Shown here in pieces: positions 12,266-25,750 of a DNA stretch of 64,000 bases. Within the stretch, counting starts at the first letter, position 1; the number at the start of each line of letters is the position of its first letter. The notes beneath the pieces were generated by a model. The model saw nothing but the letters and a program-made list of their open reading frames with translations. It had not been told where the DNA came from and did no database searches. The stretch covers positions 134,914,001 to 134,978,000 of the forward strand of contig CM059431.1 of NCBI GenBank assembly GCA_030390025.1, given 5' to 3'. The translations under genes and the position numbers were made by a program. This stretch comes from Squalus acanthias (Eukaryota).

Positions 12266-12396
12266 CTGCTGAAACATCTGAACAGTTGGAGAATATGCTC
12301 TCAGCGAGAGAGCAAACTTCAGAAGATTAAATTTCAGTTGAGACAAAAATTGGCCCGCTTTCTTTTGAATCAAGTTACAATAACTACGTTCGGAAT
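12266..12396 (-). CDS. UGGT2: UGGT2-like exon 4
   Basis: acag acceptor; 131 nt encoding (D)SERSYCNLIQKKAGQFLSQLKFNLLKFALSLRAYSPTVQMFQQ, then gtacgt donor; phase 1 in, phase 0 out; KKAGQFL...LLKFA.S.RAYSP..QMFQQ is UGGT2-like. Confidence 0.94.
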
Positions 12397-13249
12397 CTGT
12401 TAAATCAAATTGTATCACATTAATAAGAGAACTGTATAAACAAAGTCAGTTGCAGTAATTATCTTAGTAGTATGCTAGAAATGACTAATTTTGCAAGTAA
12501 CAGCATTGTCATCGCAATGTTCCAGTTACAGGGTTGAGTCCCAGTGCTCCTGAAAATCTGCCATCCATAGTTGTAATGTTTCACTAGTTTGCTGTGATGC
12601 CAAGGGCGAACTGCTTTCTGTTACAAATGGATAACAAAAAACAATGCTCAGCTTGCCCCACTTCAAATGGTTTCAACACCATTCAACTCCTGACAAACTT
12701 TGGTGGCACTCAGCAAAGCCCATATAGCCCAGATCACTATTCTCGACTGAAAAATAGAAACACCAAGACTGAAGCATCAAATTGTTTCTTTTTGAATAGC
12801 TGAAGACAGAAGAATGCAAAAACACACACAATGTATAAATGATCTATATTTTAAATGCAACTAGCAAGAAAGTAACTGGTTTTAATTTAAAACCACGTTT
12901 AGTAAAATCACTACCAATTGTAGTCATTATTCATACATTATTACAAATGCCAAGCTTACATCAAAATTTAACTGGAAGCGTTTTCAATGGTAAGAAATAT
13001 TAATGATCACAAACCCAAACTAAATGTAGTAGTTTTTTTCTAAATCCATTCTTTGCTTTTCTATCTTTTTCCTTTATTTTTAATGACCTTTAGATGGCTG
13101 ACCAAGTTTTGAGAAAAATTAAAATACGAAAATAAACCACAGAAAACCAAATATAAAAGTGATTAGTATACTGGAACTCAAATATATTCCTGTACTATTC
13201 AATGTAAAAAGGTGACAAGATCTACCACCACACTTCTCTATATACTTAT

Positions 13250-16200
13250 ACATAGGTAGAAAGAGGGATGAGGTCCTGCAGGCAGAGTTTAGGGAGCTAG
13301 GAGAGAGATTAAAAAGCAGGATCTCAAAAGGTAGTAATCTCCGGATTATTCCCGGTGCCACTTGCTAGTGAGTACAGGAATAGGAGGATAGAACAGATGA
13401 ATGAGTGGCTGGAGAGATGGTGCAGGAGAGAGGGCTTTAGATTACTGAGGCATTGGGACCCTTTCTGGGGAAGATAGGACCTCAACAGAGCCGGGACCAA
13501 TATTCTCGCAGGGAGGTTTGTTAGTGCTGTTGGGAAGGGTTTAAACTAACTTGGCAGGGGGATGGGCACCAGCATATAGGAGTAGAAAAGAGGAATAAGG
13601 TGCATAAAAGAGCGAGTGTGTTGGATAGTCCTAGAGAAGATAATACTAGAGGCGGTAGTAGTACCATATTAGATAGGAGCAGACTAAGAAAGACTACGAA
13701 AAATTCAAAAATGGGTTTAGAATGCATGTACTTAAACGCACAAAGTGTGGTGAATAAGGTTGGTGAGCTACAAGCTCAATTAGCTGTGTGGCAATATGAT
13801 GTTGTGGCAATAACGGAAACGTGGCTTAAAAACGGTGAGGACTGGGCACTTAATATTAAAGGGTACAAGGTGTTCAGAAAAGATAGGGAAGGGAAAAAGG
13901 GAGGTGGGGTGGCAGTGCTGATTAAGGAAGACATTGTAGTGTTGGAAAGGGAGGATGTTCTTGAGGGGGCAAGGACAGAATCCATTTGGTTAGAGTTGAG
14001 GAGCAAAAAGGGTATGATCACGCTATTGGGGGTATTCTATAGGCCGCCAAATAGTGAGAGGGAGGTAGAGGAGCAATTCTGCAGGGAAATCGCAGAGATA
14101 TGCAAGAGCCATAGAGTGGTGATATTGGGGGACTTTGATTACCCAAATATCGATTGGGATAATGCTAGGGTAAAGGGAAAGGATGGGGAGGAATTTCTGA
14201 ACTGTGTTCAAGAGAATTTCCTTGACCAATATGTTCTTGGCCCAACTAGGAAGGAGGCATTGCTGGATCTGGTGCTGGGGAATGAGATGGGCCAGGTCGA
14301 CCAAGTGTCTGTGGGAGAACACTTGGGTACAAGTGATCATCGTATCATCAGATTTAGATTAGCAATGGAGAGGAGCAAGGAACAATCTAGAGTGGAAATT
14401 CTAAACTGGAATAGGGTTAACTTCAATGGGATGCGAAAGGATCTAGCCAGGGTAAAATGGAACCAAAGACTGACAGGAAAATCTGTAACGGAACAATGGG
14501 TGATCTTTAAGGAGGAGATGTTCCAAGTACAGGCTAGGTACATTCCAACAAGAGGGAAGGGTAAGGGAACCAAAGCAAGGGCTCCTTGGATGACGAGGGA
14601 GATAGAGATGATGATGAAACAAAAAAAAGAGGGTGTATGATGCATGTCAGGTGAATTCTTCAAGGGAGAACCAGACCAAATACAATAAGTTGAGAGGGGA
14701 AGTGAAGATGAAAATAAGATTGGCAAAGAGAGACTATGAGAGTAGAATGGCAGTTAACATAAAAGGGAACCCAAAAATCTTCTATCGGCATGTAAACAGT
14801 AAGTGGATAGTAAGAGGTGGAGTGGGGCCTATTAGAGACAAAGAAGGTGATATATGCTTAGAGGCATAGGGCAAGGCTAGAATACTCAATGAGTACTTTG
14901 TATCGGTGTTTACTAAGGAGGTGGATGCTGACAAAATATTGGTAGAAGTGGAAAAGGTAGAAGCAATGGAAGGGGTAAACAATGGAAGGGGTGAAAATTG
15001 ATAGACAGGATCTACTAGAAAGGTTGGGTATGCTTAGATTGGACAAGTCACCTGGTCCAGATGGCTTGCAGCCCAGGTTGCTGAGGGAATTGGGGGAGGA
15101 GATAGCGGAAGGGCTTGCCATAATTTTCTAATCTTCCCTAGATGCGTGGAGGTGCCTGAGGATTGGAAAGTGGCAAATGTGACACCATTGTTCAAGAAAG
15201 GGTGCAAGGACAATCCTAGTAACTACAGGCCGGTCAGTTTAACATCAGTGGTGGGTAAAGTTTTAGAAACAATAATCAAGGAAAAAATTAACGGGCACTT
15301 GGAGAGGTTTGAGCTAATTAAGGAGAGCCAACATGGATTTGTAAAAGGCAGATCGTGTTTGACTGATCTAATTGAATTTTTTGATGAAGTAACAGAGAGG
15401 ATTGATGAAGGGTATGCAATGGATGTTGTCTACATGGATTTTCGGAAGGCGTTTGACAAAGTACCACATAGAAGGCTGGTTAACAAAATTGAGGCTCATG
15501 GAATAAGTGGGTCAGTGGCAGCTTGGATAAGGAATTGGCTTAAGGACAGAAAACAGCGAGTTGTGGTAAATGGCTGTTTTTCAGACTGGAGGATGGTAGA
15601 CAGTGGTGTTCCCCAAGGGTCAGTGCTCGAGCCACTGCTTTTTTTGATATAAATGACCTGGATATTGGAATACAGAGTAGAATTTCTAAATTTGCTGATG
15701 ACACCAAACTTGGGGGTGTGGCAAACAGTGATGATGATATCAATCGACTGCCACAGGACATAGAAAGGCTAGCAAAATGGGCAGACAAGTGGCAGATGGA
15801 TTTTAATACAGAGAAGTGTGAGGTGATGCATTTTGGCAGAAGGAAAGAGGCAATATACACTTAATGGCACAGTTTTAAAGAGTGTGCAGGGACAGAGGGA
15901 CCTGGAAGTTAATGAGCTTGGTCCCTGAAGGTGGCGGGGCATATTGAGAGAGTGGTTAGCAAAGCATATGGGATCTTGGGCTTCATAAATAGAGGTATGG
16001 AGTACAAAAGTAGAGAAGTTATGCTGAACCTTTATAAAGCGCTGGTTAGGCCACAACTGGAGTATTGCATCCAGTTCTGGTCACCACACTTTAGGAAGGA
16101 TGTGAAGGCCCTTGAGAGGGTGCAGAGGAGATTTACCAGAATGGTTCCGGGGATGGGGGATCTTAGCTACAAGGACAGGTTGGAGAAGCTGGATTTGTTT

Positions 16201-16605
16201 TCATTAGAGCAAAGGAGGTTGAAGGGTGATTTGATAGAGGTGTACAAGATTATGACGAGTTTGGATAGGCTGGACGGGGAAAGGCTGTTCCCACTAGTTG
16301 ATGGTACAAGGACTACTGGACACAGATTTAAGGTTTTGAGCAAGAGATACAGGGGGGGGGTGAGGGAAAACTTTTTTACACAGCGAGTGGTGAGGACCTG
16401 GAATTCGCTGCCGACGGACGCGGTGGAAGCGGAGACACTCAAATGTTTTCAAGGGGAGACTGGATAGTTACTTGAGGGAAATAAACTTGCAGAGCTACAG
16501 GGATAGAGCGGGGGAATGGGACTGACTGGATTGCTCTACAGAGAGCCGGCATGGACTCGATGGGCTGAATGGCCTCCTTCTGTGCCGTTATGACTCTGAC
16601 TCTAT
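13250..16605 (+). mobile_element. CR1 LINE: end of ORF1, full-length but broken ORF2, 3' end
   Basis: 346-aa EN ORF (YLNAQS, AITETWL, GDFDYP, SDH) followed by RT fragments; multiple stops and frameshifts. Confidence 0.93.
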
Positions 16606-16968
16606 GCTGACAGTGGTGTGGAGCCCAGCAAGTTTGAACATCAATGAACAGTATCATGGAGTGGAAGAACAAAAGTTTGAACTCCTCACTGCACAGAGCT
16701 CTCAATCTCAGGTATCCTGTTAGGAAGTCCTGAGCAGATGGGAAACATGGCTTTATATAGTTTGAGGCAATAAATACGACTTAGTTGAATGTCCAAAGCA
16801 CAATCATCACCATCCTTAATTGATCACCATGTATCAGACAATTATAGCAAGCCCTTATCTACCTCGACCATCAAACCTCGATGCGATGCTTACTAGTATA
16901 TACGGTAAATGGAAGCAATCTGCTTTTAAGCTAGATTCATCTTTGATATTCTCCATATAACTGGAGAT

Positions 16969-17280
16969 ATCTTTCAGATGTGATGTTAAACCGAGGCCCC
17001 ATCTGCTCTCTCAGGTGGACGTAAAAGATCCCATGGCACTATTTTGAATAAGAGCAGCGTGTCCTGGCCAATATTTATCCCTCAACCAACATCACTAAAA
17101 CAGATTATCTGGTCATTATCACATTGCTGTTTGTGGGACCTTGCTGTGCACAAATTGGCTGCCGCATTTCCCACATTACAACAGTGACTACATTTCAAAA
17201 GTAATTCATTGGCTTTAAAGCGCTTTGGGACATCCTGAGGTCATGAAAGGCGCTATATAAATGCAAGTCTTTCTTTCTTA
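16969..17280 (+). mobile_element. 5'-truncated Deu-domain SINE (SacSINE1/AmnSINE-like)
   Basis: Near-identical to the body and tail of 30121-30594 (GGTGGACGTAAAAGATCCCATGGCAC ... GCGCTATATAAATGCAAG). Confidence 0.85.
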
Positions 17281-17473
17281 CTTTTCTTTCTATATAGTAA
17301 ATTCAAATATTTCTTGTATTTACACTCTTTGGAGCGCAATGGTTAAACACCCCTTCCAGCAATATCAGACCACTGTCAGCACTTTTGCAATGCCACAGTT
17401 CCCTTCCTTCCTGCCAAATCTTCCCAATTTGCTACCACAGATTTACAGAGTGGAATATACAAGATAATCTTAC

Positions 17474-17553
17474 CCCCCTGAAGGTATGTTATTTCCTTGA
17501 CAGTGTCAACAAACTGCCAAAATTTTTCATCATCTTCTTCTGCTACAAACTCA
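17474..17553 (-). CDS. UGGT2: UGGT2-like exon 3
   Basis: tttccag acceptor; 80 nt encoding (S)EFVAEEDDEKFWQFVDTVKEITYLQG, then gtaag donor; phase 2 in, phase 1 out; KFWQF..TV.E is closer to recalled UGGT2 than UGGT1. Confidence 0.93.
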
Positions 17554-18929
17554 CTGGAAAAGAAATGCCACATAATATTTGATATTTTTAAAAATGCAAA
17601 TGAATATATCTATACACAGTGATTAGAACCAACAGATAAAGTTAAACTTTCTTGTAGGGAAAATTTCAGATCAAGTAAACAGGGATTTGTTAAATGAGAA
17701 AAGTATGTTGTGGGATGGGGAGTTGCGCTAGGATTTAAATTTATACAATTACAAAATAAGTACAATAATTTTTAAACATCATGTTCATTATCTGAACTTC
17801 TGGTATTATGAGAATGTTAAAACTTACAAACATTTCAGAAAAGGGAAGATTTTGTAAAATATTTTAAAACTACAAAATCAGCACAAGAAAGGGACATTGG
17901 CACTTGCAGCACAAAAGTGAGCCCAAGTTACTTTCTTCCACATTTTCTAATGTATAGAATTTATTCAGTCAAAACATTTTCTTGCCAACTATTCCTCTTT
18001 GCATATTAATACTTCCTCCAGAACATAGTGATCCTGGACAGTTTTGGTTCAACGCAAAAGGTTGTTCGCAGCACTGTACCTCTCACCAGTTATACTGTCT
18101 GAACTTCCTTGGAACTAATGCATGTTCCATCCATCCATCACCACATTAATATAGCAGCATCACTAAGAATGTGTATGTTTATTAACAAAGACAACTGAAA
18201 CTCTGGATAGCTGGAGCTTTACTTGTTCCTTAAGCTAGTCATCAACATTTAACATGTCACCAGCTCATTTATATACAATGTCAAATGCAAATCCATGTCA
18301 ATAAGCTTGTGTCCTGTCAAATGTGTTTGTCATATTTATTAGCAAACATCAATAAGCCTACAAAGTCTCAAGATAAAAGCCCATATAGAGAAGCCAACGA
18401 GCAGTTTTACTCCAGCCAGTTTTCCTTCATACAGGCAACTAAGGAATGAAGGTCTAAATCATGAGAGATTTTTTTGACCTTTTTTTTTTGCAGAAAAGAC
18501 TTTGGAAAATGTTATATTTAGGGTTTGTGCTTTAAAGCAAAATGTGTATACACAACAAAGACAAGTTGCAATAATTGAATTAAGCAAGTTCGATCATAAC
18601 TGTTGCTCTGTATGTTCACTTGCTGTAAAATAAAGCAACTTAATTATTCATATCAGGTCTCATCTTACCAGGTGTTTCCTCAGTCCACCTTCAAAAAAAG
18701 ACTGGAGGGCACATGCAAAGACAGGACTATCCAGTTGAGATCACAAGAGGGTACTACTGTTACACACTGGGTCACACTACTGTACACGTAGATATTGGGC
18801 AGCAAAATTCTAGTTGAGCACGCAAAGGGTATGGAATCCACTTAAAAGGGAGTGAATTATGCCATTGAAGCGGAGAAGATATCTATGGCAGACCTGAATT
18901 TGTAACAGCAGCATATAAATAGGGCTAGT

Positions 18930-20510
18930 CTGCACAACTACTATGCCAGAAGTAGTAAAAAGTATATTATAAATGGTCATGTGGACCCCTTAATGACAGA
19001 CATGGGTGATATTGGAATTGAAAATCAGGAAATGGTAGACTTGTTGAATATTTACTTTGTATTGGTCTTCACAGTAGAGGATGAGGAGAAATACCAGAGA
19101 TACAAGGAAAAGTAAAAATAAATTAAGGGGAGGAATTTACTAGATTTAATACAAGTTTAAAAATGGTAATGGAGAAAATAATAAGACTAAAGATAGACAA
19201 ATGTCCAGGACCTGATGGTTTCCACCCCAAGGTATTAAAATAAGTATGTGAGGAAATTGTAGATACGTTAATCATGATCTTCCAAAACACTCTTGATTCA
19301 GGTGTTCTCCACTTGGATTGGAAAATTGCCAATGTCACTGCACAATTTAAATAGGGTAAGAGAGATAAACTAGGAAATTAGCCTATTAGTCTAATGTATG
19401 TTGTGGGGACGTTACTAGAATCTATTATTAGGGACAGAGTGACTGAGCACTTGGACCAACATGAACTGAACAGAGAGTCAGCATGGATTTGCAAAGGGTA
19501 AGTCATGTCCAGTGAACCTAGTGGATTTTTTTTGAGGAGGTAACTAACGTGGTAGATAAGGGAGTGTCAGTGGATGTTATGATATGGACTTCTGGAAGGC
19601 ATTCAATAGGAGACAGAGTAGGGATAATGGGTTTGTACTCCAATTGGCAGGTTGTGACTCGTGGTGTCCCCCATGGATCTGTACTGGGACCTCAGCTTAA
19701 AATGACTTAGATGAAGGAATAGAAAGCCATACATCCAAGTTTGCTGACAACACTAAGTTAGGTGGCACAGTAAATAGTGTAGATGGAAGTAGAAAGTTGC
19801 AAAGGGACATTGACAGATTAAGTGAGTGGGCAAAGCTGTGGCAGAGAGAGTTCAATGTGGGGAAGTGTGAGGTCCTCTACTTTGGACCCAAGAAAGATAG
19901 ATCAGAGTATTTTCTAAATGGCAGGAAGATAGGAACTGTGGAGGAGCAGCAATATAGGGGTCCAAGTACAGAAATCACGAAAAGCTAGTGGGCAGGTCCA
20001 AAAAATAATTTAAAAGGCTAATATAATGTTGACCTTTATCTCAAGGGGGCTGGAATACAAAGGGATGGAAGTCAATGTTCCCTCTAATTTTTTTTCGTGC
20101 GCGGTCCCTTTAAATTTGCTGCATGGCTGCGCATATGCGGCATCTCTTCCAGCTTGTTAGCAGCCCACACGGGATCTCCCGATTGCTGTGTTCAGTTTTG
20201 GGCATCATACCCCAGAACAAGAGGGCATAACCTTAAAATTAGAGCGAGGCCGTTCAGGATTGATGTCGGCAGGAAGCAGCTCTTTATACAAAGGGGAGTG
20301 GAAATCTGAAACTCTCTCCCCCCAAAAAGCTGTTGAGGCGAGGTCAATGGAAAATTTCAAAATTGAGATTGAAAGATTTTTGTTAAGCAAGGGTATTAAG
20401 GGTTATGGAACCAAGGCGGGTAGGTGGAGTTAAGATAAAGATCAGCCATGATCTAACTGAATGACGAAACAAGCCAGAGGGGCTGAATGGTCACCTCCTG
20501 TTCCTATGTC
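18930..20510 (+). mobile_element. Decayed CR1 ORF2 and 3' end
   Basis: RT remnants (K.PGPDG.HP, KFADNTK, W...FNVGKCEV) with deletions. Confidence 0.8.
20073..20185. mobile_element. One-ended hAT-like DNA transposon fragment inside the CR1
   Basis: Starts CAATGTTCCCTCTAATTTT with GCGCA repeats, recalled as a hAT-type terminus; no partner end found. Confidence 0.4.
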
Positions 20511-20651
20511 CCCATGCCATGCACCTGATTTACATTCCTGTGATTGAGACTATGAAATACTGAACATAAATATGTTTAGCATTTGTAGCACTGCACTGAA
20601 AGTTTGCTGACTAATTCTTTTAGCTTCTTCACTGTTTCTTTGCTCATAGCT

Positions 20652-22752
20652 CGTGTTTAAAATCATGAAGGGTTTAGATAGAGTAAATAAAGAGAAATTG
20701 TTTCCAATGTGTAGAATTCGCAATATATCGCGATTTTATAAATAAGGAGAAAACACATAGTTTCGTCCAAACAGTTTTATTTCAGCAGAATGCTGTCAGG
20801 TTTTCAAAGTGGACACAAGCAGCCTGTAAAATGGCCGCCACGCCTCGTGGCAGAACATTCTAGACTTTTCGATAAGCAGACAAGATGGCGTTCCAATAAA
20901 CATTTGTGCGAGATCGATCAAGACTCAGCACATTTGAGATAATACACGAGACATTATGGGTTTGCAGTATACACATAAATACTGAAATCGGTCTCCCAGG
21001 TGCGAATAAGGGCTATTGTGCCGAGCGATCAAGAACCCATCCAAAGACATTAATATGCAAAATCCCCACGACTCTACGATGAGAGAGCCGTTTGCGGGTA
21101 GTTACAGAAAACATTTGGAAGCCCCAAAACCCCTCCAGGGAGAATACCGACCGGTTACACATTGGGAAAAGTATTAACAGGTACTCAGACAGTTACGAGT
21201 ATCCCCGAAACCCATTAAAACGGAGATCACCCTATACAAGAAATTTGAGCGCCAAAACCCTAACAAAAGAAAAGACATTAAGGTTGGGCGGGAAAAGAAG
21301 AGTTTTCGCACTATAACTGTAAGCTACAACCGCCCATCTTTCTCTTATTCGCTCGCCGTCTTGTTCCTTGCCGCTTGCCTCGTGTCTCTGCCTCTTGCAG
21401 CTCTTGCTGTTTGACTTGCTGAAAGACTGTTGAACTTTCTGATCCGCCAGGATCAGCCTCGTGGCTTGCCGCGAAGATCTGTGTGGAACTGGGCTGTGAA
21501 GCCTTGAAACGGACACACCATCCCGAGAAGTCGGTACACGGTGTTGGCATCGAAGGCCCGAGATGAGATGAGATGAGATGAGATGAGAAGAGGAGAAGAC
21601 GACCATACGTATCGCCACGGTCAGTAAGCCCCGACCGCGCCTGTAGGTCGAATAGACACTTTCCTTGCCCAGGAAGACCATCTTTGAGTTCTACAGAACT
21701 GGCATCGGAAGACTATTCTTCGAGTTTTATCGCATCAGTGCGAGGGCACAGGAAGACTTTTTTTTTTTGAGTAGAGTCGGAACTCCGAGGACAACACAGA
21801 TCTTCATGACAGCAGACGGTCCAGCCTGCTAGCCGGAGCAGAAACGAGTAAACAAGTGGGGTACAGAGACCCCTGATCAACACGTGGGTGATCAGGTGCT
21901 GCGGTAAAAACATCCGAGCAGAGTTTTCGGAATTCTCCGAGTTATCACGAGTGGTGAGCATGAGTCTCAATCCTACAAATCTAGTTTAGAGCAGGTATTG
22001 ATAGGGGAGGGTTTAAGTTTTAAGGATAACTGTAATGTGTGCCCCCATTTACGATGTGTCGTTCGTTCCTCGTTTCCCTAAAATTAGTTACATAACTGCG
22101 TGTAAGATTGTACTGTCATTAATCTGTGCTTATGACATGTATTTCGTAATCTTGAATAATATGCAATAAAGATTTTCCATTTCGTACCATTCAACCGGGT
22201 CTACCTGAGTTTTCTCTCCATTATTGCTCTCGCATCTAAGTCCAGTGTCAGAACCGTAAGGGCGAGTGGGTCGAACCACTCACAGGTGTCTAGTGCTCCC
22301 AGACTGGCTGGAGACCAGAACAGGCAACAAGGCCTAACCTCGCACTAGCACCCAGGCTGAGCACAGAGCCACACGGGTCAAAACCCTTACAAATGGCAGA
22401 TGCATCGATAACCAGGGGCACAGATTTAAGGTGACTGACAAAAGAAACATGAGGAGAGGAAAAACTTTTTTTTTATGCAACGAATGGTTAGTATTTGGAA
22501 TACACCTAACAGGTGGGGTGAAAGTCTTCTGATTCCAAAATCGTAGGCATATCAGAGAAAGTGATAATTTCCCAAGAAACCCCACCTGTTAGGGTGGTGG
22601 GTACAGATTTCATAGTAGCATTCAAAAGGGAATTGGATAAATAAATTGCAGGGATATAGGGAAAGAGCAGGGGAGTGGAACTAACTGGATTGCTCTTCGA
22701 AAGAGCCGGTGCAGACTCGATGGGCCAAATGCTGTACTATTCTATGATTCTA
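20652..22752 (+). mobile_element. CR1 3' fragment split by the solo LTR
   Basis: ...TTTCCAATG / GCAGATGCATCGATAACCAGGGG... rejoins across the LTR. Confidence 0.8.
20710..22391 (+). mobile_element. Solo LTR (ERV or Gypsy), 1,682 bp
   Basis: TGTAG ... TTACA ends; AATG duplicated at 20706-20709 and 22392-22395; TATA-like CTATAA at 21311; AATAAA at 22165-22170; no gag/pol. Confidence 0.8.
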
Positions 22753-23521
22753 ATTCCCAGGTAAGAATAATTATCAATCCAGCTTTGTTTCTTGGGAAAT
22801 TATCACTTTCTCTGATAAGCCTACGATTTTGGAATCAGAAGACTTTCACCCCAACTCCTGTACTGTTGAGATTTCACTCTCCCCAACGCCTGTTCTCTTC
22901 AGCTCTAGCCTCCAACTCCTATTTGCTCAGTCCCATTTCCTGAATCTTCTTTCCCTGTTGGTCTCCTCACCCAAGTCACAGCCGCCACCCCACCATCATC
23001 CCCACACTGCAATCCCAAAATAAGGCCAGATAAGGAGGAACTGAACTCTTGTGGGCATCAAGACCAGAGTTCCAATCCTCCAGTACCCTTTTTTGTATTA
23101 GGATTTTCTTTTAAACTAAAAGCCTAAAAAGGTTTTTTTTTTAAATTCCAAAATGACTTTTTTTTTTAAATAAAACTCATGGATTACTGGGTGCCTAATT
23201 GTAAACCATAATGGGTGATGCTTTAACAGAATGTGTTTTCTTTTAACAGGTCCTAACCTATTTTAAGCTAATGTATTGCATTGACAGTTTGCACTGTGTA
23301 ATATTTTTGTTTAAATTATCTGTCTCTTTTTTGTAAGTAAATTTGTACTTGTGCAATGTTAACTAAATATATGCACTGTTGCAAGAAACACATGCTTTAT
23401 AATACAAAAAAGCATGGAATGAAATTCAACGGTGGTGTGGTTATTGCAAACAGATGAGGTTACTCCAAAAGGGATATGGCACTAAAATGAATTTTGTATT
23501 TGAGGTTAGCAGTGCTGCAGT

Positions 23522-25750
23522 TATAGAATCAAAGAATGGTGCAGCACAGGAGGCGGCCATTTGGCCCATCGAGTCTGCGCCGGTCCTTTCTAAGAGCAAT
23601 CCAGTTAGTCCCACTCCCCCGCTCTTTCCCCACATCCCTGCAATTTTACTCCTTCAAGTATTTATTGAATTCCCTCTTGAAGGCTACTATTGAATCTGTA
23701 TCCACCATCCTATCAGGCAGTGCATTCCAAATTTTAACCACTCGTTGCCTATAAATGTTTTTCCTCATGGTGAAGTCAAGCGTAGGTCCCTTGCAGTCAG
23801 AATCAGGGGAATTTATAATGGGGAACAAAGAAATGGCAGATCAATTAAATACATACTTTGGTTCTGTCTTCACAAAGGAGGACACAAATAAACTCCCAGA
23901 GATGTCGGGGAACATAGGGTCTAATGAGAGGGAGGAATTGAATGAAATCAGTATTTGTAGGGAAATGGTGTTAGGGAAACTGACGGGATTGAAGGCCGAT
24001 AAATCCCCAGGGCCTGATAATCTACATCCTAGGGTACTTAAGGAAGTGGCCCTAGAAATAGTAGATGCATTGCTGGTCATCTTTCAAAATTCTATAGACT
24101 CTGGAACAGTTCCCATGGATTGGAGGGTAGCTAATGTAACCCCACTATTTAAAAAAGGTGGTAGAGAAAAAACGGGGAATTATAGACCAGTAAGCCTGAC
24201 ATCGGTAGTGGGCAAAATGTCCATTATAAAAGATGTAATAACAGAACACTTGGAAAACAGTGACAGGATCGGGCAAAGTCAACATGGATTTACAAAAGGG
24301 AAATCATGCCTGACTAATCTACTGGAATTTTTTGAGGATGTAACTGGTAGAATAGATAAGGGAGAACCAGTGGATGTGGTGTATTTGGACTTTCAGAAGG
24401 CTTTCGATAAGGTCCCACATAAGAGATTAGCGTGCAAAGTTAAAGCACATGGGATTGGGGGTAAGGTACTGATTTGGATAGAGAACTGGTTGGCAGACAG
24501 GAAGCAAAGAGTTGGAATAAACGGGTCTTTTTCCGAGTGGCAGGCAGTGACTAGTGGGGTACCGCAGGGATCGGTGCTAGGACCCCAGCTATTCACAATA
24601 TATATTAATGATCTAGACGAGGGAACTAGATGTAATATCTCCAAGTTTGCAGATGACACAAAGCTGGGTGGGCGTGTGTGCTGTGAGGAGGATGCAGAGA
24701 AACTCCAGTATGATTTGGACAGGTTGGGTGATTGGGCAGATGCATGGCAGATGCAGTATAATGTGGATAAATGCGAGGTTATCCATTTTGGTGGCAAAAA
24801 CAGGAAGACAGATTATTATCTGAACGGCAATAGATTGGGAAAAGGGGAAGTGCAACGAGATCTGGGAGTTCTTGTGCACCAGTCGCTGAAGGTAAGCATG
24901 CAGGTGCAGCAGGCGGTTAAGAAGGCAAATGGTATGTTGGCCTTCATAGCGAGACGATTCGAGTACAGGAGCAAGGATGTCTTGCTGCAGTTGTACAAGG
25001 CCTTGGTGAGACCACACCTTGAGTATTGTGTGCAGTTTTGGTCGCCTTATCTGAGGAAGGATGCTCTTGCCATGGAGGGAGTGCAGCAAAGATTTACCAG
25101 ACTGATACCTGGGATGGCAGGAATGACGTATGAAGAGAGATTGGGTCGTTTAGGCTTATATTCGCTAGAGTCTAGAAGAATGAGAGGGGATCTCATTGAA
25201 ACTTATAAAATTCTAACAGGACTAGACAGACTAGATGCAGGAAGGATGTTCCCGATGGCGGGGGAGTCCAGAACCAGAGGTCACAGTCTAAAAGATAAGG
25301 GGTAAGCCATTTAGGACTGAGATGAGGAGGAATTTCTTCACCCTGAGAGTGGTGAACCTGTGGAATTCTCTACCACAGAAGGCAGTTGAGGCCAATTCAT
25401 TAAATATATTCAAGAAGGACATAAATATATTTCTTAAGGCTAAAGGGATATGGGGAGAAAGCAGGGACAGGGTACTGAATTTGGATGATCAGCCATGATC
25501 TCATTAAATGGCGGAGCAGGCTCGAGGGGCCGAATGGCCTACTCCTGCTCCTATCTTCTATGCTTCTATGCCTCTGGTTCTTTTGCCAATCACCTTAAAT
25601 CTGTGCCTTTTGATTATTGACCCTTCAGCCATTGGAAACAGTTTCTCTTTATTTACTCTATCTAAATCCTTCATGATTTTAAACACCTCTATCAAATCTT
25701 CTCTTAGCCTTCTCTGCTCCAAGGAGAACAATCCCAGCTTCTCCAGTCTG
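23522..25750 (-). mobile_element. CR1 3' fragment split by a younger plus-strand LINE
   Basis: Minus-strand pieces at 23522-23768 and 25570-25750 are collinear. Confidence 0.75.
23769..25569 (+). mobile_element. Young 5'-truncated CR1 LINE with a long open RT frame
   Basis: 516-aa ORF at 23755-25305 covering the RT domain (YLDFQKAFDKVPH, GVPQGSVLGP, KFADDTK) and ending in a (CTTCTATG)n tail. Confidence 0.95.

Noticed and set aside
21092..21970. ORFs inside the solo LTR as viral accessory genes
   Set aside because: Short, low-complexity, on both strands, with no recognisable motif.
22810..22825. miR-21-like GCTTATCAGA on the minus strand
   Set aside because: Only a short match with no pre-miRNA hairpin context; likely chance.
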